A model generated the notes under the pieces. The model had not been told where the DNA came from. It searched no databases and worked only from the letters and a program-made list of their open reading frames with translations. From positions 1-40,277 of the IMG/VR virus record IMGVR_UViG_3300042972_000028: a DNA stretch of 40,277 nucleotides; one strand, written 5' to 3'. Source of the DNA: a virus. Its lineage: Duplodnaviria > Caudoviricetes. The translations under genes and the position numbers were made by a program. Position 1 is the stretch's first letter. Each line of letters begins with the position of its first letter. This document shows, in pieces, positions 7,852 to 16,362 of this stretch.

Positions 7852-8296
7852 TGGTATTCCAAGCCTGGTGATCGGCAATCTGGGGCGAGACCCCGAATTC
7901 CAGCAGGTCAATGGCAAGCAGATAGCACGTATCAGTATCGGTGTCACACCGAGAGTCAAGAAGCAGGGCCAGTGGCAGGATGCGCCGGTGCTGTGGTATC
8001 GGGTCACGGTGTGGGACACGTTCCAGGCGGAGCACGTGCTCAACAGCCTGCACAAAGGTGATCGGGTGGGTGCGTACGGTCTGGTCACGTCCGACGAGTA
8101 CCAGGGCAAAACGAACCTGGACATGAGCGCGGACATCGTGTTCATCCCCCTGGACCGCAATGACGTGACCATCATCCCCAGACAGCAGACAGGCACCGGA
8201 CAGCAACCGCAATACGGGTCACCACAAGCCCAGCCGCGCACTTCGCAGGCGCAATCCGACCCTTGGGGAGGCAATAATGGCGACCCTGAGTTTTAG
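7844..8296 (+). CDS. ssb: Single-stranded DNA-binding protein
   Basis: GNLGRDPE, WYRVTVW, LHKGDRV, C-terminal DPW...DPEF tail. Confidence 0.95.
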   Translation: MLNGIPSLVIGNLGRDPEFQQVNGKQIARISIGVTPRVKKQGQWQDAPVLWYRVTVWDTFQAEHVLNSLHKGDRVGAYGLVTSDEYQGKTNLDMSADIVFIPLDRNDVTIIPRQQTGTGQQPQYGSPQAQPRTSQAQSDPWGGNNGDPEF

Positions 8297-8429
8297 CGCG
8301 TACGTGTATCCGGCTGAGACGCCTCCCGAGTCGAAGCATTGCCCGTACTGCGGGGACGATCTCAACGCTCAGCATCAGTGCATGAGTGGCGTGAATCATT
8401 ATCTCGACGAGTACTGGGAGCAGGCATGA
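8277..8429 (+). CDS. 50 aa CPYC zinc-ribbon-like peptide (not in ORF track)
   Basis: GGGGAGG SD; MATLSFSAYVYPAETPPESKHCPYCGDDLNAQHQCMSGVNHYLDEYWEQA; ATGA overlap with next gene. Confidence 0.6.
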   Translation: MATLSFSAYVYPAETPPESKHCPYCGDDLNAQHQCMSGVNHYLDEYWEQA

Positions 8430-8929
8430 GCAGGAACAGGAAGAGCGCGAAGACGGCGGGCACGAGGTTCGAGACCGCGGTGCGTGACTATCTGGCTTGG
8501 GCGTTGCAGGATGAACGCATCATGCGTCCCAGACTCCACGGCAGCAAGGATATGGGCGATATTGCGAACGTGTGCTTCATGGGGAAGAAGGTCTGTATTG
8601 AGTGTAAGAACACTGCGGCGAAAGCCTACAAACAGCATCTGCGCGAGGCGGCGGTAGAGGCGGGGAATCTGGATGCCCCCTTCTACTTCGTGGTGCAGAA
8701 AGTGCCGGGCATCGGTATTAGGAGCATCGACACTTTAGGACAGCAGCTCGCCTACACGACACCAGAAGTGATCCATATGATGCGACGGGAAGCACCACAG
8801 GATCTCTTTCTGAACAACACGATGAATTTCGGACCGTTAGAACGATCGGGATTCATTTCACTCAGTCTCAAAAGCCTGGCACTCATCTTGAACCACGGCA
8901 TCACACTAGGAACGGAACAAGAATCATGA
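8426..8929 (+). CDS. Holliday junction resolvase-like PD-(D/E)xK nuclease
   Basis: AKTAGTRFETAVRDYL...G.KD.GDI...IECKN; start refined to ATG 8426. Confidence 0.8.
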   Translation: MSRNRKSAKTAGTRFETAVRDYLAWALQDERIMRPRLHGSKDMGDIANVCFMGKKVCIECKNTAAKAYKQHLREAAVEAGNLDAPFYFVVQKVPGIGIRSIDTLGQQLAYTTPEVIHMMRREAPQDLFLNNTMNFGPLERSGFISLSLKSLALILNHGITLGTEQES

Positions 8930-9279
8930 CACAGGAACATCTGCTTTCGACGCAGAACATTAATGACGCTTTCGTGCAAGGAAGGCTGGGGTTATATACG
9001 GAGATCCCTGTTGAGGCGATCGCGCGGAACGAAGAGAATTTTGACCGTTGGCTGGCTGCTCATGATGCTCAGATACGCGCGGAAGCACTCACGCTTACCG
9101 AGGATGAGCAGAAGCTTGTTGTTGATGCTTTGTATAGCGAATCTTATCGAGACAAAGTCTGTTCGGCTAACACAATTACTGATTATGCCCGCCGCCAGGC
9201 AGAATTTCGAAGAATTAATAACGAATTGAGCCTCGGATTATTCCCAATGATCGCAAAACATCGCAAGGAGCAGCAATGA
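8926..9279 (+). CDS. Hypothetical phage protein
   Basis: Coupled ORF; FDRWLAAHDA motif typical of actinophage early genes. Confidence 0.7.
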   Translation: MTQEHLLSTQNINDAFVQGRLGLYTEIPVEAIARNEENFDRWLAAHDAQIRAEALTLTEDEQKLVVDALYSESYRDKVCSANTITDYARRQAEFRRINNELSLGLFPMIAKHRKEQQ

Positions 9280-9599
9280 GTATTACTGAACAGGAAGCAG
9301 AACGTCGCTGGCCACGTGACGAGGTGTACATAGACCTGTCGTATCCGCGTTTTGCTGTTCGTGGATATATGCAATCTGCGTTCATTGATGGTGCTGAATG
9401 GCAGGCCCAGCGTGAGCCTACTGAAGCGGAGATTGAGGCGGCGGCCGTAGCAATGTGCGAGGAAGACCGAAATCGCGGTGGACACATAGAGAGAATGCCG
9501 CATTGGGATGAAGCAAAAAACTCACTTCAGAAGAAGTATCGAGAATACGCTCGTATCGCTCTTGCTGCTGCACGTAAGGCGGTGAGCGTCGATGAGTGA
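9276..9599 (+). CDS. Hypothetical phage protein
   Basis: AAGGAG SD; PTEAEIEAAA...ARIALAAA pattern. Confidence 0.75.
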   Translation: MSITEQEAERRWPRDEVYIDLSYPRFAVRGYMQSAFIDGAEWQAQREPTEAEIEAAAVAMCEEDRNRGGHIERMPHWDEAKNSLQKKYREYARIALAAARKAVSVDE

Positions 9600-9963
9600 T
9601 ATTGATCATGAATATACCGATGAGATTGTTTGCCCGTATTGCGGCAACGTGTTTGGTGAATCTTGGGAGTGCAGTCCGAATGACGAGAACGGCTGGACTG
9701 AATGCGATGAATGCGGCCGCGTCATTGAATTCACGCGGAACATCATCGTTTCATACTCCACCACCAAGCCGTCATCCACGCGGGCCGAAGTGTTTGGTAT
9801 CCCCGAGGATTATCAATGCTCCATCTGTCATAGGACCGGTGATGTTCGTTTCGATTGCGAATACTGCGGTCATTTCGTATGTGCCGATTGCGAAGAGAAG
9901 AAGGCTGAATGCTGCAGTTGGTACAAGGAGGTCAAGGAACAGGAGGGAGAAGTCGATGAGTGA
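9592..9963 (+). CDS. Zinc-ribbon protein
   Basis: CPYC, CDEC, CSIC, CEYC, CADC pairs. Confidence 0.75.
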   Translation: MSDIDHEYTDEIVCPYCGNVFGESWECSPNDENGWTECDECGRVIEFTRNIIVSYSTTKPSSTRAEVFGIPEDYQCSICHRTGDVRFDCEYCGHFVCADCEEKKAECCSWYKEVKEQEGEVDE

Positions 9964-10309
9964 TTTGAAGGCATTTGAGGTTGATAACGGTGAGGGAATC
10001 TACTACTGCGGCAGTTACAGGTCGGCTGGAGAAGCGAAAGCTGATGCCGCGGGCCTGTTCGGTATGGAATTCACTGATGTTCGGGTGCAGCGAGTTCCTT
10101 ACCTTGATCCGTTCGATCTGGGCGGGTTTGAGGATGAATGTCCGAATGAGACTGTCCTTGCTTGGCTCCGTCATGGGCACGGTTGGTCCATCAGCTACGA
10201 AGAGTATCTCGATCCGGACGATCTCGCTACTGAGTCTGATTGGGAAGCGTTGTGCAACAAGCTTGGTGTGGGGTATCCCGATCGTTATAAGCCGGTGTCT
10301 CATGAGTAA
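9956..10309 (+). CDS. Hypothetical phage protein
   Basis: GGAGGGAG SD before ATG 9956 (3' half of the 237 aa ORF). Confidence 0.7.
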   Translation: MSDLKAFEVDNGEGIYYCGSYRSAGEAKADAAGLFGMEFTDVRVQRVPYLDPFDLGGFEDECPNETVLAWLRHGHGWSISYEEYLDPDDLATESDWEALCNKLGVGYPDRYKPVSHE

Positions 10310-10805
10310 TAGACGAGAGACGACTGAGATGCTGTCTGCTTTGGTGGAGAAGCGGTTGCGTAGCAGTGGAATGTTCTGGGCTCCAGAGGTGAATTTTGAC
10401 AAGGGTACCCCTAGGAATCGGAGGGTTGATTTCGTGGGGTTCAAGCCTTTCACGCCGAATTATGTGGTTGAACCGGCGAGTGTGGAGCTTGGGAGATTCG
10501 AGTTTTACGAGGTTAAGTCGTGCATGGCTGATTTCAAAAGCGGTAATGGTCTCACGTTCTATGGGGATTTGAATTATTTGGTGACCACCAGGGAATTCGC
10601 CGAAGAGCTTCATCAGAAGATAATGCTGCCTAGGGGAGTCAATGGGGTTTTGGTGCCAAACAAGCCACGGACTGCGCTTATTAGTGCATTTCTGGGAATG
10701 GGTGAGGACCAGTCGTATAGAAAGCGACAATCTTCGGAGATGCTTTGGCAGATTATGACCGCACGACACCACTACGACATAGGAGAAGGAGCCACCGATG
10801 AGTGA
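10302..10805 (+). CDS. PD-(D/E)xK nuclease-like protein (MmcB-like)
   Basis: EV...RVDF...YEVKSCMADFKS...G..NYLV. Confidence 0.7.
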   Translation: MSNRRETTEMLSALVEKRLRSSGMFWAPEVNFDKGTPRNRRVDFVGFKPFTPNYVVEPASVELGRFEFYEVKSCMADFKSGNGLTFYGDLNYLVTTREFAEELHQKIMLPRGVNGVLVPNKPRTALISAFLGMGEDQSYRKRQSSEMLWQIMTARHHYDIGEGATDE

Positions 10806-11037
10806 GCATGCTATTCAGCAGTGTTCCCTGCCTCGTGCTTCAAAGCTTGGCGGGCACGTGGCCCGCTGCCCTGACTGCGGCCAGTGGTGGCGTGAGAAAT
10901 GGCACGGATCAGCCTGCATCGACTGCTGCTACAGCAGTTGGGAACATGTCGGCTGGCTCGCCCTTCATACGCGGTACAGGGCGCAATACAAGCATTGGAA
11001 AGGAGGCGGTGATGGTGGCATTGCAGCCGGTGCTTGA
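10798..11037 (+). CDS. Small zinc-binding protein
   Basis: AAGGAG SD; CPDCGQWW. Confidence 0.65.
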   Translation: MSEHAIQQCSLPRASKLGGHVARCPDCGQWWREKWHGSACIDCCYSSWEHVGWLALHTRYRAQYKHWKGGGDGGIAAGA

Positions 11038-11544
11038 TCCGGCGTCCGGTGGGCGCATGTTCTGGTTCGACAAACGTGATGACCGTGTGCTGTTCGGTGA
11101 TGTGCGTGACGAGTCGTGGGAGTTGTGTGATGGGCGTCGCTTCGATGTGAAACCCGACCAGTTGATGGACTACCGGGAACTGCCGTTCCCTGATGCTTCG
11201 TTCCGCATGGTGGTGCTGGACCCGCCGCATTTGGAGAACGTGGGTGCCACCTCGTACATGGCTAAAAAATACGGGCGCTTGACAGGGAGACATGGCAGGA
11301 CGATTTGCGGCGCATGTTCCTCGAATGCTTCCGGGTGCTGATGCCTTACGGGGTGCTGATCTTCAAGTGGAACGAGACGCAGATCCCGTTGAGTCGCATC
11401 CTGGCCTGCACTGATGCAGCTCCGTTGTTCGGCAACAAGCAACCCAAGCAGACCGGGACACATTGGATCGTATGGATGAAAGGAGGTGGTGGTGATGACT
11501 CGACAGTACGCGAAGGTGGCGGTTCAGATTTGGGGGGACAGTGA
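11012..11544 (+). pseudogene. SAM-dependent (DNA) methyltransferase split by a 1-nt frameshift near 11278
   Basis: VLDPASGGRMFWFDK, DPPH in first frame; WQDDLRRMFLECFRVL...FKWNE in second; one added base restores KYGRLDRETW. Confidence 0.85.
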
Positions 11545-12427
11545 TTTCATTGGTCTTTCGGAGCAGGCTCAGGCGTTATATTTCAAGTTGCTCACGCATC
11601 CCACGTTGAGTCTGTGTGGGGTGGCTGACTGGCGTCCCAAGCGTCTGGCTGCTCTGTCCAAGGGGCAGTCGGCACGTCGGGTAACGGAGGCAAGCAGGGA
11701 GCTTGAGGACGGCCTGTATATCGTGACGGACGAGGACACGGAGGAGGTGCTGATTCGTTCGTTCCTGCGTAACGATGAGACGTTGAAAAGCCCAAAGGTC
11801 GCGGTCGCGGTGGCGAACAATTACGCCGCCGTGGTGTCTCCCAAACTCCGTGGCGTCATCGTCCACGAGGTCAAGAGACTGCATGAGGACCGTCCCGATT
11901 GGAGTGGTTTCAGCAAGGTGGAGAACCTGTTTTCAGAGCCGGAAATAAACCCTATCGAACTGATTGAAAATAGGGTATCCGATAGGGTATCGGATACCGT
12001 ATCGCCAGAGTATCCACATCCTTTAACCATTAACCATAACCTACAACCTACAACCATTAACCGTCGCGAAACGACAAAAACCGAGAGCGACATGTTCGAC
12101 CAATGGTATGCGATCTATCCGAAGAAGAAGGATCCGAAGAACGCACGCAAAGCGTTCGTGAAGGCATTGAAGCAGACAACCTTCGAGGAACTGTGCGATG
12201 GAGCCCGACGATACCGCGACGATCCCAACCGCGAGGAACGCTACACGAAGTATCCGGCGTCATGGCTCAACGCAGGCGCATGGGGCAACGAACCGGAGTC
12301 GCCACGCTTCAACGGCTATGTCACGAAGGCGCAGAAGGCTCAGGCCGAATGGGACGAGGATCGGCGCATCCGTGCCGAACTTGAATCGGAGCAGAGGGGA
12401 GGTGGTCGTCTTGCTCTCACCGATTGA
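11495..12427 (+). CDS. Phage replication initiator
   Basis: IWGDSDFIGLS..AQ.LY..LL N-terminus; FDQWYAIYPKK...ARKAF...YPASWLN C-terminal domain; internal iterons. Confidence 0.85.
   Translation: MTRQYAKVAVQIWGDSDFIGLSEQAQALYFKLLTHPTLSLCGVADWRPKRLAALSKGQSARRVTEASRELEDGLYIVTDEDTEEVLIRSFLRNDETLKSPKVAVAVANNYAAVVSPKLRGVIVHEVKRLHEDRPDWSGFSKVENLFSEPEINPIELIENRVSDRVSDTVSPEYPHPLTINHNLQPTTINRRETTKTESDMFDQWYAIYPKKKDPKNARKAFVKALKQTTFEELCDGARRYRDDPNREERYTKYPASWLNAGAWGNEPESPRFNGYVTKAQKAQAEWDEDRRIRAELESEQRGGGRLALTD
11950..12062. repeat. Probable replication origin (iterons) inside initiator gene
   Basis: ATAGGGTATC repeats and variants at 11970-12004, then AACCAT/TACAACC tandem repeats. Confidence 0.7.
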
Positions 12428-12905
12428 TGCCTGGGATCTGATGACCGCCGTCAAGCACATCGACCATCGCAGCGCCACGAAGGACGACGCGATCCTGTTC
12501 GCCCAGATCATCAACGACGCATGCGACCCGACCCTCAAGGAGTGTCTGGCTGCGGTGGCGCGATGGTTCGGCACGCACCACGATTTCGGCATGATCCAAC
12601 CAGGCGATATTGCCGACCTAGTGAAAGCCAACCGTCCCGCCGCGAAACTCACTAAGAACGAGATCGACACCGCGCTCATCGACGTGGGATTGGACGGTGA
12701 CGCGTTATGGCTAGCAGCACAGCAAGTACCAAAACTCGTCAACCAAGGCATCTCGTTCCTGCAAGCCGTGGCGCAAGCCGCCGAACAGTCACGCGGACAC
12801 ATACTCGAACCACCAGAATGCAAACCCCGCAAACACATCGGCCACCACTTCGCAGGACGCATCGACCACATGAACCTACACGACGTTTTAGGAGAAACAA
12901 CATGA
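12411..12905 (+). CDS. Hypothetical protein, possible helicase loader/inhibitor
   Basis: TTG start with GGGGAGG SD; follows initiator; IDHR...AVARWF...IQPGDI. Confidence 0.6.
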   Translation: MLSPIDAWDLMTAVKHIDHRSATKDDAILFAQIINDACDPTLKECLAAVARWFGTHHDFGMIQPGDIADLVKANRPAAKLTKNEIDTALIDVGLDGDALWLAAQQVPKLVNQGISFLQAVAQAAEQSRGHILEPPECKPRKHIGHHFAGRIDHMNLHDVLGETT

Positions 12906-13228
12906 CTGAACGCTATATCAGCCCTCAGAGCGGCCCGGTAGACATCAAGACCGATAAGGATAGCCATTACCGTTCCCAAGACGCTCAGACCACGAAAGAA
13001 ATGGTTTTAGGTACGTTCACGCCAACCGAGAGTGAAGTGAAAACCGCGTACCAGCGTGGCGAGGATGTTAGCTGGGGCATGAGCGAACTCCGCTGGCAAC
13101 GATTCATTAACCAAGTGAAAGCCGCAGCGTGGGAGGAAGGCAGTGACGCTGGATACGCGTTCGCTATACGTCACCCAGACCAAATACCAGTCAACCCCTA
13201 CGAAAGCGAGAAAACAGATGAGTCGTGA
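12902..13228 (+). CDS. Hypothetical phage protein
   Basis: TAGGAG SD; AAAWEEG...NPY motif. Confidence 0.7.
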   Translation: MTERYISPQSGPVDIKTDKDSHYRSQDAQTTKEMVLGTFTPTESEVKTAYQRGEDVSWGMSELRWQRFINQVKAAAWEEGSDAGYAFAIRHPDQIPVNPYESEKTDES

Positions 13229-13364
13229 GAAACAGTACGAGCACGCGATCCAACTCATCCGCGAAGGAGCCGACGATGAACGGATTCGCCGCGAATTCGG
13301 CTACAACCAGAACGTCATCAACGGATTGAGGCAATCACTCGCAGACAAGGGGCCAACATGGTAA
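13218..13364 (+). CDS. Small hypothetical protein (HTH-like)
   Basis: Overlap-coupled 48 aa ORF. Confidence 0.6.
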   Translation: MSREKQYEHAIQLIREGADDERIRREFGYNQNVINGLRQSLADKGPTW

Positions 13365-14110
13365 GCGTTATCGTCGGCTGCCAAGTATGCGGCGCGGAAA
13401 CCAGCGGAGGCAGGGTGTGCGGCAATTGCACGAGCGAGCTGGCGCACACTTTGCGTCACCTGGCCGCGCGCCTGCCCGACCTGCGTATTGTCGCCGCGAA
13501 GAAAGCTACCGTCATGGCGCGTGAACAAGGCCACGGGGCACGCACAGTCGCCCCGATCCCCTTGAACGCGGGAGCATGGCAGTTGCAGCAAAGCATCGAA
13601 AAATACGCCGTCACCCTCGCCGGCGTGCTCACGCTCCCATACCGGAAACTCCCCGCCGAAAGCCTGTTGAAAGGCGCAGCATCACGCACGCCAGCATTGA
13701 TGCAACGCAGGGACGCGGCCAGCATCCACACCCTCGCCACCATCGCCAGCAGACGCCTCGACCGACAATTGGAGCCACCACAAAGCCGCATCCTCATCGG
13801 ACAATGCCCCTACTGTGGAGACGACGTATGGAGCAGCGAAGACGACCTAGCCGTAGGCTGGCAACCATGCAACTGCGGACAAACCATCAACATCCCATCA
13901 GTCCAAGAACAACGAATATTCAAGTTAGCCATATCCGACGCACAAGGCACTGCAGCAGCACTCAGCAAACTGTTGAAAAACTGCGGAATCACAGTACGCA
14001 GGCAGACCATCAGCGAATGGAAACGACGCGGCATCATCAACAGCGTCAGCACTCAAGACGGTAAACCGGTATTCCTGCTCTGGGACGTGTGGGCGGCGGT
14101 CACCCGCTAA
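13358..14110 (+). CDS. Zn-finger + C-terminal HTH protein, probable late transcription regulator
   Basis: CQVC/CGNC, CPYC/CNC, TAAALSKLL...RQTISEWKRRG HTH; last early gene before late promoter. Confidence 0.7.
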   Translation: MVSVIVGCQVCGAETSGGRVCGNCTSELAHTLRHLAARLPDLRIVAAKKATVMAREQGHGARTVAPIPLNAGAWQLQQSIEKYAVTLAGVLTLPYRKLPAESLLKGAASRTPALMQRRDAASIHTLATIASRRLDRQLEPPQSRILIGQCPYCGDDVWSSEDDLAVGWQPCNCGQTINIPSVQEQRIFKLAISDAQGTAAALSKLLKNCGITVRRQTISEWKRRGIINSVSTQDGKPVFLLWDVWAAVTR

Positions 14111-14151
14111 CTGTGGACGTTATTTGCATTCACAAACTGTGGACGTAAAGT
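14109..14151 (+). promoter_or_regulatory. Putative late promoter with 12 bp direct repeats
   Basis: AACTGTGGACGT at 14109-14120 and 14135-14146 flanking TTGCAT-N16-TAAAGT. Confidence 0.65.
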
Positions 14152-14233
14152 TATCTAGATTGATTATTTTCATATGTGGGGCTCGGGAACACCGGGCCCT
14201 CCGCGTTACGAGTGCTATCAAAGGTCGTGAAAC

Positions 14234-14509
14234 ATGATTGATGTCCAGATTCGCGTGCATGACATAGCAGTAGATGGCATCCCAGAAACCATCCACATCG
14301 ATGACAACTCCTTGCACTTTTACCATGAAGGCGAATGGATACAAGGCACCCCAACCAACGAGCTAGATCACGTAGGGAACCCAATTTGGGAACATCACGT
14401 GACCTTCACAGCAACAGAAACCTATTCAGGAATCCGCTACTACACGTATCTACCTGCGCACTCAATCGATTCGCCAGTTAGGGATAATAGCGAACCTCAC
14501 TACCGCTAA
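14234..14509 (+). CDS. Hypothetical protein
   Basis: AAAGG SD, first ORF after the putative promoter. Confidence 0.6.
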   Translation: MIDVQIRVHDIAVDGIPETIHIDDNSLHFYHEGEWIQGTPTNELDHVGNPIWEHHVTFTATETYSGIRYYTYLPAHSIDSPVRDNSEPHYR

Positions 14510-14515
14510 ACACAT

Positions 14516-14777
14516 TCTTGCCGTCAAATAGCGGGCGGCAACACGTAGGGATGCGGTGGTTCGCCATTGCAACCCATGGGCTCACGGATCTAGGTTCATG
14601 AGCATCCTCTGATCGAGACGGCAACTCCATGAACTTAAGAGAGCGGGTTCGACTCCCGCCAGAGGAACGATGGATGCAAGGTCAATGGATCCGAGTGCAT
14701 CCCGTATAGGTTGATCGCTATGCGACTGCCCACCATTGGTGGGCACCACCATAATCCTCACCAGAGGTCAGGCAAGC
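14516..14777 (+). ncRNA. Putative structured ncRNA containing a tRNA-like domain (14605-14670)
   Basis: Perfect 7 bp acceptor TCCTCTG/CAGAGGA, T-arm GCGGG-TTCGACT-CCCGC, D-like arm, several flanking hairpins including a UUCG loop. Confidence 0.6.
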
Positions 14778-14983
14778 TCAAATGGATTACTCCGAAAGCA
14801 GCGTCCAAGCCTCTGCCTACATATTCTTGTGGTTTCTGCGTGATAGGGACACGCACTGGGTTCCCGAATGGGAGCAGGCGAAAGCCGAGAATTCCCAAGT
14901 GCCCAAGTGGAAACCACACATACTTGCCTGGTGGCATTTACACCTTTCACCACCGGGCACCACACTTCACACGGAGGCACACG

Positions 14984-15211
14984 ATGAGCGAAGAGGAAGC
15001 CGAAGCCTTCCGCGAGAAGATCCGCAAAGCCCTCGAACCCGTCCTGCCATACGGCACACCATTCGCCTTCGTATGCGACACCACACCACTCGAGGAAATC
15101 AACAGCGGCGGCAACGGACGCATCAGCTGGGTATCACCACCAGCCCAAGCACCATACGTCACCGTCGGACTATTCAGCATGGGTGCAGACTGCTTCACCA
15201 TCGAAGAATAA
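14984..15211 (+). CDS. Hypothetical protein
   Basis: GGAGG SD before ATG 14984. Confidence 0.7.
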   Translation: MSEEEAEAFREKIRKALEPVLPYGTPFAFVCDTTPLEEINSGGNGRISWVSPPAQAPYVTVGLFSMGADCFTIEE

Positions 15212-15316
15212 ACACTTGCCCTGCCTCGCCACAACATTCAGAGCCCAACAAGGCAGACGAGAGCAGGGCATTCACATTTCCGAACGAACGCATAACCGAA
15301 ACGGGTGGTGGAAGAC

Positions 15317-15742
15317 ATGTTGACAAGAGGAAAGGCAACCGCCAAACTGCAATGGCCTTGGAATGTGCAGCGCGTCTCGTCTCCCTTGACCGTGAAGGTA
15401 CAACGAGTGGAACTCTATGGTTCTGAACGCGAGTCATTCTTCAAAGCGGTGAGCAGTAGTTACGAACCTTCCCTCGACTTCGAGCGCGGCAACACGGTGT
15501 TCACCGATGGTGAGTACCTCTACGGGTATGTTGTCGCCCTTGACGGCGAAGGCCGACAAATCATAGACGATGCCACGAAAAGACTGGTGTCGTACTTCAC
15601 GCAGGTGCGGATACCGTCTCTTTGCCGCAGTCGCTGCGAGGGGTCGGCACATGTCGAATACCTGCCTACATATCAGATCGAAGACACACATGAACCCCTC
15701 TACCCCAACCATGCAGGGAACATCCCCGCATGGCATAGGTGA
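15317..15742 (+). CDS. Hypothetical protein
   Basis: ORF filling the gap before the HNH gene; start uncertain. Confidence 0.55.
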   Translation: MLTRGKATAKLQWPWNVQRVSSPLTVKVQRVELYGSERESFFKAVSSSYEPSLDFERGNTVFTDGEYLYGYVVALDGEGRQIIDDATKRLVSYFTQVRIPSLCRSRCEGSAHVEYLPTYQIEDTHEPLYPNHAGNIPAWHR

Positions 15743-15748
15743 TACCCC

Positions 15749-16090
15749 ATGCCTATGCGTAGATGTGCGTGGGTGAACTGCCCGCAGCTTGTTCCGTTTG
15801 GCACTCGATATTGCAAGCAACATACAGTTGCGCATGAGCGGAAGCGGGGCAGTGCCGCACGTCGCGGATACGGCAGGGCGCACCAGATGGAGCGGACCCG
15901 GTGGCAACACCTACTAGCCCAGGGCGCGCATCCCGTGTGCAAACGATGCGGACAGATTGTCAAACCGAATCAAGCTTGGGACTTGGGGCACAGTGACGAC
16001 CGCACCCGATGGACCGGACCCGAACACGCACACTGCAACAGGAGCGCAGGGCAAGCCAACAGCATCCGCATGCGCGAGCGATGGAAATGA
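15749..16090 (+). CDS. Packaging-associated HNH-like endonuclease
   Basis: C...C...YC..H, GYG..H, CKRCG, WDLGH...PEH..CNR; upstream of terminase. Confidence 0.8.
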   Translation: MPMRRCAWVNCPQLVPFGTRYCKQHTVAHERKRGSAARRGYGRAHQMERTRWQHLLAQGAHPVCKRCGQIVKPNQAWDLGHSDDRTRWTGPEHAHCNRSAGQANSIRMRERWK

Positions 16091-16169
16091 CAGCGACAAC
16101 GAGATCAGACGTAAAGACAAACGACTAAAACAAAACGTTTCGTCAAACCTGAACCGATTCGAACGGTCC

Positions 16170-16235
16170 CGACACACCCCCGGGGGAGGGTCCCTCAAGG
16201 TGGGGTGAAAGACCGCTGGTGAGCTGGCTCGCAAG
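16170..16235. other. Candidate packaging-initiation (cos) region
   Basis: CCCCCGGGGG palindrome and G-rich tract in non-coding DNA between HNH and terminase genes. Confidence 0.45.
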
Positions 16236-16362
16236 AAAATCATAACTAGGGATTTGAGTTTTCCGAGGTTTTCGTAATTTTTCCAGTATGATGGAGGGTA
16301 AGTGAATGCCCCCGCGAAGTTGGCGCTTCCGGGGGCTTGACCAACTCAGTAAGGGAGTTGAT

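Noticed and set aside
7429-8274. 281 aa minus-strand ORF
   Set aside because: Shadow across three well-supported + strand genes including ssb
10302-11544. Restriction-modification pair (nuclease plus methyltransferase)
   Set aside because: Both are common solitary early phage genes, separated by another ORF, and the methyltransferase is frameshifted
14605-14670. Canonical functional tRNA-Leu(TAA)
   Set aside because: Only about 63 nt, no contiguous anticodon stem or variable arm, ends in ACGA; kept as tRNA-like ncRNA
14671-14735. HDV-like (theta) ribozyme after the tRNA-like element
   Set aside because: A P1-like 7 bp helix exists, but no recognisable P3/L3 or P1.1 could be fitted
14782-15426. 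214 aa + strand ORF and the 5' part of 14711-15211
   Set aside because: No SD, overlaps better-supported 14984-15211 and 15317-15742; composition looks like an off-frame read
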